This document shows, in pieces, positions 51,359-62,300 of a stretch of 64,000 nt of DNA. Below the pieces are notes generated by a model that did not search any database, was not told the DNA's origin, and worked only from the letters and a program-made list of their open reading frames with translations. How positions within the stretch are numbered: position 1 is the stretch's first letter; every line of letters starts with the position of its first letter. The DNA is taken from the NCBI RefSeq assembly GCF_000143415.4, contig NW_003314273.1:1642052-1706051 (forward strand), given 5' to 3'. Source of the DNA: Selaginella moellendorffii. Lineage: Eukaryota; Plantae; Lycopodiophyta. Both the position numbers and the translations under genes were made by a program.

Positions 51359-51800
51359 GATGGCATGTATTTATTTTAAAATGTAACTTATTATGGCATG
51401 GGGTTCCATGCCATTGTATTAATATTAAAAGACAATTCTTTGAGAGGATTTGCATTATACTAGAAGTGTTACAGCATGTTATTGGAAGTCTACGAAGTTG
51501 TTTTATTAATAAGGGGAAAGTAAAGATTGAATGGGGACTTGGGCTCCACCTAGACTCGGAGCAACTGAGCCAATATTAAAAGGATGGAAAGAAATTGGAC
51601 GACGATAACAAGGAGAAGAGAGAGGTGAAGCAATGGCAGGGGGAGGAGAAGTGATTGAGTAGACATTTCCTTGTTTAAAATAAAATGGCATGTGCCTCAA
51701 TGCAGTTGAATTTTGTTATATTTATATACTATATAAAGGTTTGGAAACCTTATTTTACAAGTGGGATAATGACAATTCCCACTTTAACGAAATAGAGCTT

Positions 51801-54800
51801 GTTAGTGGATTCTTTTTTCGATGATGATTATGCATCTTTTCATTGATGAGATGATTAATGATCTTTTATGATAATTAGTTGTTTTCCTTGGTGGCGTATA
51901 GTTTTTCACAATATCATATGTTCTTTGTGGTTTGCTTTGGATTGGTCTTTTGGGTTTGATACATTAGTAGGATGTTGCTAACATTTGCTTAAGCAACTTG
52001 AATTCCTTTGTATTGTTGACAAGGATTTATTTAGATTGGCTAGTGTGATACTTAACATGAATGAGTGTTTGTTGGTATTGCCACATTCATTCTGTTTTGT
52101 TGATTATTGCTCTAGTTAGTTCTAATAGATTGGACGTTATTTTTTTTGGGTGATACATTCGTGAGCATTTTTGCTTGCCAGTTAATGAAACTTTATGTTC
52201 TTTGAGTTATCTTTCATAACTTGTTTAGCATGCTATCTGAAATCTTTAATAGTTCAATTTTATCATCAAGTGTTATTGATAGTATACTTGCTATTGAATT
52301 TTGTTAGATAGTGAATCTTGTGTTTACCAATTATGATGATCTTAGTGGTTCATCTACTTTAATACTGGTTTATCAGATGATAGCTTACTTAGAATACTTT
52401 TGTGTTCTAAGCTAAGCTTTATTCACTGATAATTAAAACTCTAAGATATCATTGTCTATAACTTTGATATTGTCTATCTATTGATCTTTGACTTTAGGCC
52501 AGTATAGGCCATTTCATGTGCATAGTGAAATCTCTAGTCATGAGGTAGCTATTGTCGACTGGTCATATCACCCGCCTCTTTGTCGATATACCTTATTTCG
52601 TTTAAAGGGCATGACCGTGTAATTAACTTTAATTACCTCTTTATAATAGTCTATCGAAACCTTACTAACGGGTTTGGTTTCTTTGCTCATGAGGGTTGGG
52701 GCCTCTGGCTTCTCTCTCTATGTCCCTGTAGGCAAGGGCATATCACACTTTTGTAAGCTGGGTGACACTCAGAGCAGCAAGGGTGGCTGAGTTTGTTGGT
52801 CATTTCCTTGTTAGCGATAGTCGAAAGGTGTTTAAGTTGGTAGTGCATTTGGGTTAGACAAAAAGGTTACCCTAACTCATTTAAGTTGGTGCATTTCTCA
52901 CATAGTGTGAATACCGTGAACTTTTTCTAGAGTTGTTTCCTTGCCGGTGGTCTAAACTCAAGTATGCATCGACGAAGATGTCGATCTTCCTTAGGGGGGG
53001 AGAGAGTGTTGCCAATATGACTTCGGGTATCAAAAGTTACTTGTCAACCAATCCTTATAGACACTTTTTCCTTAATACCACGATGGTAAGAGGTGGGTAT
53101 TGTTGGACCCTTTATTAGTCCCTCTTCTGCTAGTGGAGTTAACTAAGCATTTCGAGTGTACTTAGACCGGACAAGCATAAGGATGGAATTCCTACATGCT
53201 ATTAGCTAAGCATACTTAGCCCAATAAGGAATTCCTGTCTCGTTATATATTGCACTGGCTATTGATAAGAACCCTTGCGTATTGAGACTAGTCCCTCAAT
53301 AACACTGGATGATAACTTACCGTGTCTACCAAACACCTTTGCTATCATGCCCTTTGTGTTAATCTCATTCTGGTCCTAAATGCTATTTATGGAAAGTGTC
53401 TAGATTTGCTCATTTGGCATATCTACGGAAAGTAGAGATTGTTCTGAACACAATGGTGTTTGTTCCTGTGAGACACAAAATCCTTAGGCCATAAAGTGGA
53501 GCTGAAAGGGTGCCATGTGGTAGTGGCCGAAGCAAAAGCCAAACAAGCATAACACGTTTGGACTAAAAGCTCCGACTTGAAAGGTCGAGAGCAAGAGTGG
53601 AACTCCTAACGAAGTGCTCGAGGAGCAAACACAAAGTAAGCAATAAGTGAGTCTCTAGAAAAGGGACATACGAGGACCAACATATGACATGTAGAGGAGT
53701 CCGAGATGGACCCAAGATGGACCCAAAATGGAGTCCAAGATGGACCAGAGATGGAGTCCGAGATGGACCCGAGATGGAGTCTGAGATGGAGTCCGAGATG
53801 GACCTGAGTTAGAGTTCGAGATGGACCCGAGATGGAGTCCAAGATGGAACTGAGACCAAGACCGAGACCGAGTCCAAGTCCAAAACCGGGACAGAGACCG
53901 AGACCGAGTCTGAGTCCAAAACCGGGACAGAGACCGAGTTTGAGTCCGAGTCTGAATACTAATACAAGCTGTTGGGTGAGAGCCCAAAGCGATCGTCCCC
54001 CAGGGGGGGAGGGGGCTGCGGGGGGTTCCAAAAGTATAGTAGGGAGAGTGTGGGGGTTGGAGCCCAGTGGAGCCAGTTTGGCCAGGAAAGGCCAATTTGG
54101 CCTAGGAAGGCTATACCCAGGTGTTGGGTGATGAGTTGACCACTGGAAAGTCCAAAACTAGAGTGAATACAGACTGACAAGCGGGGTAGCTTGGTGAAGT
54201 GTTCAAGAGCTAGCTCTAGTTCCCCCGGGAGATCGAATGGTCGATGCTCCTAGTCCAAGTGTGGGTGGCACTACCTACTTGGATACCTGGCGTGGCTCAA
54301 CGAAACCTCACTCTAAACCCATGGCTAGAGCACCCAAAGGTAGAAGGCGGAGAGAGTACCCATGAGGCTTGCATAAGGCCATGGTGTTCCGGAATGTTGT
54401 CCCAAAGGCCCAAACTGTGGAAAGGAAGAGGAGTAGTCCTCTAATGTAATGACCAATGATACAGTCGTGTGGTGAGGAAGTCCTAGAGGACCATGGGACT
54501 TAGTGGTCGGGCCTGTGGGCCTCGATTCAGTGGCAGTGTTGGCGAACACGGCCTTGGGCGGAAAGGGACTTGGTGGGGACCGGAAAAGGGATATTGGGGA
54601 AGGCCATTCCCCATGTCTATGGGCATCCTATGGATGCTAAGGAGTGGATCTGGGATGATCACTCATGGACAGATGGCCTTGTCTTTGAGAGACGGGACTG
54701 GGATGTAGGTGGTGTCAGACCACCGATGTGACCAAGGTGAATGGGCAGAGCCTTAGCATAATGGATTGATATGTCAGTGGTACCTTGGGGTGTCAGTCAT

Positions 54801-55300
54801 GGGATCGGACACATGGAGCACTTGGACCAAGTGCAATGGTTGAGTGGCATGGATGCCATTCTTGGGGCTAGTAGGTCCCTAAGTCCAAAATAGGATTTAC
54901 AGAGGTTGTGAGTGAGACTCCTCCAAGTGGTCGGAGGTGTGATTAAGTGACTAAAGTAAAATGGAAAATTTAGTCGCTTACAGTTCTGTGTCCAAATTCA
55001 CAATTTAGGGACATTCCATATTTAGTAAGTTTTGAGCTTGTCCTAGAGGCTAACTCCTGGTACTAAGGGAGGCTTGGGGTGAAAGCACAAAGCATGTGTT
55101 CTTCAAAGGGGGCTATAGGGTTTCAGAATGTATAGTAGGGATAATGGGTAGGTCAGGTATGGTCGACCAACCTGAAGCATAGTCTAGCTCCCACTTGTGT
55201 ATTTGTCCTTGTTTGGCATCCGATTTGGGTCTAAGCCCAAATTCCACACCATGCTAGCTGGTGGAGTACCCATATCCTTATGTTAGGCCACCGGTATGCT
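51801..55300 (+). mobile_element. Family-B 3' internal region, PPT (~52993-53006) and 3' LTR from 53007, interrupted by a family-A LTR
   Basis: Reverse complement of ~35860-37855. AGGGGGGGAGAGAG|TGTTGCC marks the LTR start. Confidence 0.85.
53467..54982 (+). mobile_element. Family-A solo LTR, TSD GTTCC/GTTCT
   Basis: TGTGAGACAC...GTCGCTTACA termini. The host family-B LTR is continuous across it. Confidence 0.9.
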
Positions 55301-55479
55301 GAACAACCAATTTCACAGACTATTGAGAGAAGGTAAATGGGTTGTAATTTATAAGGTAAATCTTACTAACTTATGAGGAGTACCCATGTCCTTGCGTTAG
55401 GCCATCGATATGCTGAAATAGCACCAAACTTTGTTTGGCTTTGTTTTGCGTATTGGTTCTGGCATTGCAATGTTAGATG

Positions 55480-57710
55480 CTTGTCGCAAATGTGACTTCG
55501 AGTATCGAGAGTTACCTATTGGCTAGTCCTTATGGACACTCTTCCTTAATGCCACGACGGCAGGAGATCGGTATTGCTGGACCCTTTATCAGTCCCTCTT
55601 GTGCTAGTGGAGTTAACTGGGCATTTCGAGTGTACTTAGACCGGACAAGCATATGGATGGAATTCCTATGTGCTAATAGCTAAGCATATTTATCCCGGTA
55701 ACGATTTCCGTCTCGTTATATTTTGCACTGGCTAGTGACAAGAACCCTTGCATATTGAGACTAGTCCCTCAATAATACTGGACAATAGCTTACCGTGTCT
55801 GCCAAACACTTTCGCTATCATGCCCTTCGTATTAATCTCATTTTTGTCCCAAATGCTATTTATGGAAAGTGTCTAGATTTGCTCATTTGGCATATCTATG
55901 GAAAGTAGAGATTGTTCTGAACATAATGGTGTTTGTCCCGCGTCCAAATTCACAATCTAAGGACATTCCATAATTAATAAATTTCGAGCTTGTCCCAGAG
56001 ATTAACTCCTAATACTAAGGGAGGCTTGAGTGAAAGCCCATTCCTCAACAGGGGGGGGGGGGTATTTATGGGGGGGGTTCCAAATGTATAGTAGGGATAG
56101 TGGGTAGGTTAGGTATAATTTAGCTCCCCCTTGCGTGCTTATCTTTATTCTTTGTCCAGCTTGGGTCTAAGGCTAAGTTTCATACCATGCTAGTTGGTGG
56201 AATACTCATATCCTTGCATTAGGCCACCGGTATGCTAAAATAGTGTTAGATTCCCTTTGGCTCTTTTTTGCATGCTGGTCCTAGCATTGGGATGTTGGAT
56301 GCTCTAGGATTTTTCCAAGTGGCTCTGTGCTCCTGTTCCTTCTCTCCTTGTGTTGTATGCTCGAGAGTTGTTTCGTGGTCTGGTTCCGGGGAACCTTGCT
56401 ATTGCTCCTTGAGTAGCTTGGTGTTTGGTTAGTTTTGAGTTTGGTAGGAAAGAGAGTGGCATGAGCTTATCTATGTTATGAACAAAAGTTAGTAGTGTTA
56501 GATATTGTAAAGCTCTATCGGTGGAGTGTGGCATTTATGTTGGATTTTGTCGAATCGAGTTGGCACTTGATACTCATATAAACCTTTGATGTAATGACAT
56601 GGGTATTGCTTGTGGTGTTGCTCAATTAATGATCAAGTCATTGTTATACTTATATCATACACATGTGATAATGAGCAATGTGTTTATGAAGTTGCATGGT
56701 TAAACGATGATCAACCTCAAATTAGTTGATGTTCAAGCTAGTTTACTTATATATAGTAGCATTGTAGTAGCTTTCACTAGATTCTCAATGATGGTCCATT
56801 ATGCTAAGATTAAGTTGGTTCCTTAAGTTTCTTGAGAGTTTGCCTATTAAGGTGTTAGAAAGGGTTATAGCATTCACTTGTTATGGCTTGTTGATTTATT
56901 CGTTAGCTTTTAGAGTAAATTGTCGGATGAAGAAGGTATGTTGTTGAGGCATTGACATCACTAGCACTTGTGTTAGTGGAAGTGGCATTGTTATTTTGAG
57001 TGATGAGGAATTTTCCTTAGAGCTTGATTTTTCATGTCATTTTCCTTGTTAGTGTTTTGGCTTCATATTAGATCTTAAAGGTGGTTGAAAAAGCATGTTA
57101 GTGCAATGTGGATATCTAAAAATATGGTCTTTATGATCAAGCCTTGGATGTTCTCTTTGCATTTTGCGGATGTTAGTGTTGGATATTAGAAATATAGGTA
57201 TGATGTTTGATACTTAAGCATACTATGGGACATGAGAATTAGTGTTGAGATGAATTGGTGTGAAGTTGTAGGTAAGAGGAACTTGGTTGAATTTTGAAAG
57301 TTTGCATTTCTGGATTGAGAGTCAATCTTTCTCTAGGATGGGAAAATTTCCACAAATTTTCTTAGACTTTTCCAATAGCTGATCTATTAGTCACTTTGCT
57401 CGAAAACCATTCCGTTTTCGTAAGCTAGTACAAATTAGTGAAAGGGTTGGAGTTGACTTCAGTTGGCTTAAACCTTAGTAAGTAGTTTGTATGATGCAAC
57501 TCGAAAGGGATACTGACTTTTGGGGCTAAGGCAATTGAGTTGGATAGAGTCTGAAGTTGGTGTAGAAAAGTGGCCATTGCACTTTTCTCAAAAAGGTGAC
57601 CCTTGTGCCTTTCTTCTGTAATATTATGATTGGTGGTAGGTTGCACTTTGCATTTTGTTAGATTCTATGAGAGTAGTGAGCTCTCGTTGATCTTGACTTG
57701 GTCTTAGTGA
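55480..57710 (+). mobile_element. Additional family-B LTR fragment (~55480-56390) and family-B-like internal sequence
   Basis: The LTR part matches the rc of 35710-36636. Positions 57655-57710 match the rc of 38535-38584. Confidence 0.7.
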
Positions 57711-57864
57711 TACTTCGGGACCACATATATATGATAATAACTTGTCTTAACTAGTAAATGCTATTAGTAACCATTATTGAATTCACCTTGTTAATAAGAT
57801 GTCCCTCAATATCGCTGGATGATAGCATACTATGTCTGCTAAACACCCTCGCTATCAATAAGTT

Positions 57865-58324
57865 TTGTGAATTGGTTTATGGGGAAGTTTTGGGGCACAC
57901 CAATTCCAGCTGTTTGGTACCAAGTTGAAGTTTAGTATGGCTTATCATCCTCAAAATGATGAGCAAACCAAACATGTGAATGCTCAAGTTGAGGATTATC
58001 TCAGTACTATTTCATGGCAAACCAATGTGACTGGGTTGAGCATTTGGACACAATAGAAATTTGTTATAACAACATATTTCATAGCACTATTGCCTGTTCT
58101 CTATAGGAGATGCTGCAAAGGAATGCTCGTGGGGTGCCTCAACAGATTGTTGTAGTAAAATCAATGTCTGAAGTGTTACTCCCAGCTGTTGAGACTTATG
58201 CAGAGCAACTACGCTAAAGTTGGTCTAGAGCTACTGAGGCGATGGGTAGAGCTCAGGATACGTATCGATGTGATAAGGATCAGCATCGATAGGATGTATC
58301 CTATCAAGTGGGAGATCAGGTGTG
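57865..58324 (+). pseudogene. pol: Decayed gypsy integrase fragment (paralog of 34800-35230)
   Basis: GTKLKFSMAYHPQNDEQT... reading. It matches the reverse complement of the chromovirus relic. Confidence 0.8.
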
Positions 58325-59122
58325 TGTAAGTGACTAATTTTTCCATTTTACTTTAGTCACTTAACCGCACCTCCGACCACTTGGAAGAGTCTCACTCACA
58401 ACCTCCGTAAGTCCTATTTTGGACTTGGGCTTACTAGCCCCGAGAATGGCATCCCCGCCACTCAACCTATGCACTTGGTCCAAGTGCTCCACGTGCCCGA
58501 TCCCATGACCGACACCCCAAGGTACCACCGACATATCAGCCCGTTACGCTAAGGCCATGCCCCTTTACCTTGGTCACACCGGTGGTCTAACACCACCTGC
58601 ATCACAGTCCCATCTCTCAAGGATTGGGCCATTCGTCCATGAGTGATCATTCCAGATCCACTCCTTAGCATCCTTAGGATGCCCACAGACATGGGGAATA
58701 GCCTTCCCCAATATCCCTTTTCCGGTCTTCACCAAGTCCCTTTCTACCCATGGCCGTGTTCGCCAACACTGCCATTGGATCGAGGCCCACAGGCCCGACC
58801 ACTAAGTCCCACGGTCCTCTAGGACTTCCTCACCTCTCAACTGTATCCGTGGTTACTACACCAAAAGACTACTCCTCTTCCTTTCCACAGTCTGGGCCTT
58901 TGGGACAACATTTCGGAACACCGTGGCCCTACGCGGGCCTCATGGGTACTCTCCCCACCTTCCGCCTTTGGGTGCTCTAGCCATGGGCTTAGAGCGAGGT
59001 TCCGTTGAGCCACACCAGGTATCCAAGTAGGTAGTGCCACCCACACTTGGACTGGGAGTATCGGCCAGACAATCTCCCGGGGGAACTAGAGCCGGCTCTT
59101 GAACACTTCACCAAGCTATCCG
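58325..59122 (-). mobile_element. Truncated family-A LTR, followed by a short gag relic (59123-59380)
   Basis: TGTAAGTGACTAATTTTTCC start, colinear with 4457-5255. It is followed by EYLPNDLGLRLHAELRCLK*RGDLMHYVNAF, similar to the family-C gag. Confidence 0.8.
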
Positions 59123-59383
59123 TAAGGAATACTTGCCGAATGATCTTGGACTGAGACTTCACGCGGAGCTACGGTGTTTAAAGTAGCGAGGGGACCTCAT
59201 GCATTATGTTAATGCATTTGCTCAGAAGCACATTATAATTGCAAATATGAATGACGAAGATGCTCGAAATTATTTTCTAGAACTTTAAGTTCACTTGATT
59301 TTGAAATTTAAACTGAAGACATACTTGGAGTGTAAGGAGGCAGCACAACAAATTGCCTTTAGTCACTCACTCATAGAACAATA

Positions 59384-62300
59384 AAGCTCTATTTCGTTAA
59401 AGTGGGATTTATTCAGTAAAATGGGACTAGGTACAAATTTTCAAGTATTTGAAAATGACGTGAAATTATATGTTTTTTGTCCAGGGGCTAGACATATCTG
59501 GGGCATGGTGACTTGCGCGGTGACTTTGTGTCCAGACTGAGTCCATCTAGTTGTATAATAAATCTCATTGTCAAGGTGAACAAGCCGAATCTGAAGCTAA
59601 AGAAGAGCGATGGCATGCGCGCACACACTATTTGTTTGTTCATTGAGCGTGTGGTGAGCTTTCCAAGATGAACGTCATTCCTATTAGCCAGACATATAAC
59701 TTAATAGTGAGAACATTTAGATATTATTCAATGTTATCTTTTTCTAACGAATCTAATTGTAAAGGTGTAGCAAGAGGCATTGCTAGTCTGGAGAAGTCAT
59801 TTAACTCATTTGACCCTTAGTGTATTTTCATGAAACTAAATAACATTCATATTATTAAGGAATTTCTCTAGTACCTTTTTTTTACGACATAGAGGCTTGC
59901 ATTTCTTTCAAAGGTGATTTAGTAAAAGGCCTGAGGGCACATGCCATTCTATTTCTCAGACCGGTATTAAGATATACTAGTGCAAAGGGAAAAAAGTATT
60001 TGGTGATCAAGTAAATGGCATGAGGGCACACGCCATTATAAGCCTAAGCGCTAATGGACACCTCCTTTTTGGTACTCTCAGCGGTACTATCATCCTTCTC
60101 CAGGTCAGTTGTTTTGCTTTGGATTGTTGTCTCTGACGTTACTGGGGCGTTCTCGATAGTTGTTAATGTTGCCGTTTGTTCAGAAAAATGATCACCTGGA
60201 GTATAATATGGGGAGTTTGGAAGACTTATATATTCTACATCTTCACCTATCTCTTTCTCCGTCTCCTTTTCTGCCTCACTTACAGATTTTGTGCTTGCCA
60301 TGAGAACAGTCTTCACCCTAAAATATGGAGTTCGTTGTGTTATAAAAGGAAACCAACACACACGCTGCAAGGGAATGATGGTACATAAAGCACGTAAGCC
60401 CACAATATAGGTTTATGTGCCATTAATATGGGCCACACGCCATATTATTAGATTTATGCACGTGTGATTGGTAAATGCATATGTCACATCATCTTTGTTT
60501 TACCTCACACACTATATCAGGCCTAATGAACCATATCACATGTGCGCACATGCTATATATATGGAGAAGTATTATGCAAGGATAGAAAAATTCAATGCAT
60601 GATTGTGGAGAGCAATGGCATGAAGCCACATGCTAAATAACATTTTAGAGAAAGAATTAAAATAGAAACATGCAAACAGTACTGAGTGGACCAAGACTTA
60701 GAAGTGCACAATTGAATGAGGTATTTCTAATAAATATTTCACTCACCTCATATAGGAATGGCTACCACTCTCAAATGGCATATCGCCTCATGCCATCACC
60801 TCGCAATTTGTTATAACAATCCGATGAATTCATATTTGGCTTGTTCACCTTGAACTTTAAGTAAGATTTGCTAGAACAACTAAGAATTTATACTTGTTAT
60901 TTGTATCATCTCACCTAGGAATGGCGTAAGGCCACATGCCATCACGCCTCCTCTGATTCAGATTCGGATTGTTCACCTTGAAATAAAATACATTAGAAAC
61001 TTAGTAAAGGAATATTAATGAATCTCACCTTGAACCCGGGTTATGAATGCCCTTGCTGCATCTCTTGCATGGTCTGGCAAGGTGATGGTGGCACTCTGCT
61101 TCCGCATCCAACCATGCACAACATTATCCACCGATATGCTCATGCTGGGATCCCTTGGATTCAGCACCCATCTCTTTTATACGCAATCCTTCGTATATCC
61201 GGAACTTGGCTTGAACCACTCCACAGTTACATTGAAGGAGTTAGTTTCCGCGTCCTCCTCTGCATCAGTGATGCAGCGCCCCACCCATATCATTTGTTTT
61301 TTATTATTGGGTCTGATAAGCACGACCATTCCTTTGCAAACCTGTACTGGATTGAATGCTAAATCCGGCTTCTTGTTCCTCGGCCCACAATAGTGATCCT
61401 CAACATCGTTATCTGTCACTGCATTTCCAGAGGACATTGTTCCGCTACTATCTGGTGCTCTGGGTTCTGGCCAAAAGGACTCTTCCAATTCTTCATATAC
61501 AACCGGCCCATTTTGGATAGCAGATATAATCTTCTCCCAGTATTCGAGCAAAGGCTTGCACCTCTGAAAATAGGATTCTCCACCAAACACCAACCCCCTC
61601 TTCCAGAAGGCAATATGCTGTCTAATCCCGGCCACTATACTTTCCTGGTCTTTGAGTCCATCCGGGTGCATCGGCCGTGGGGAACCCTGAGGAATCATAG
61701 GTTCCCCAGTTATGGGATCTCTCTTGAAGAGTTCAATGCCGTCCACTGGCAGCCACACTGTGTCCCATTCTCTCATCTTGTACCTCATCACTGGAGCACC
61801 GTCACACATGCTGAAATGAAACTGAAGAGGCTTGGAGTGGCCAATCAGCGTTTCGGATCCGTCCCTGATGTAGCCTCTTACAAACCCCTTAAAGTCTGGA
61901 ACCTCTGTCACAACTGCAACTTCAACAGTGCCTTTGATGCAATTTTGGAATTCATCGTAGAGTTGTGGGAGGGTGAGGACATTGGATCGCCGGAGGGACT
62001 CTGCCAGGTGACTGAACATGGCATTGACGTCTTCATGAGTGTGCCCAACCATGAGAAAGCCAAGTGTAACCGTTTCAAATATGCCTTTAGCAACAAGCAT
62101 CGCCAAGTACGCGAAGACGTACATGTTTTTGTTCTCACTGCCAGCATTGTCTGTTTGGAGCAGAAGATGGGGTGGAAGGCCACATCGGCCGCAAGAACTT
62201 CCTTGAGATTCTGCTTCGTTTGGATGAGGCTGTGCATTCACCGGGCGACCAGCCTCGTCGGAATGGCATGAGGCCTCATGTGATAACCCTACAATCTGAC

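Larger units (their letters stand above)
38811..51414. repeat. Dispersed 22-bp palindrome ATGGCRTG-N6-CAYGCCAT, more than 20 copies within the element
   Basis: Copies start at about 38811, 39127, 39216, 39816, 39976, 40122, 41442, 41499, 43345, 43415, 43513, 44125, 45050, 45845, 45922, 45982, 47179, 48678, 48819, 49010, 50241, 50316 and 51393. Confidence 0.92.
38585..51800. mobile_element. 13.2-kb TIR DNA transposon (Sola1-like) with a cargo gene
   Basis: Perfect 24-bp TIRs: AAGCTCTATTTCGTTAAAGTGGGA (38585-38608) and TCCCACTTTAACGAAATAGAGCTT (51777-51800). A second copy begins at the same TIR at 59384 in a different flank. Two divergent genes lie inside. Confidence 0.9.

Noticed and set aside
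38811-51414. Palindromes as CRISPR repeats or integron attC sites
   Set aside because: Spacing is irregular (tens of bp to more than 1 kb), several copies lie inside exons or introns of continuous genes, and no Cas protein or tyrosine recombinase is visible.
38585-51800. Polinton/Maverick, Helitron or CACTA identity for the 13-kb element
   Set aside because: No pPolB, integrase, capsid or Rep-helicase motifs are present, and the termini are not CACTA. The transposase motifs fit a Sola1-type DDD enzyme.
59365-59383. Shared CTCATAGA a few bases upstream of both left TIRs as a target-site consensus
   Set aside because: Only two examples, with offsets differing by one base and no counterpart at the right end. 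Insufficient without more insertions.
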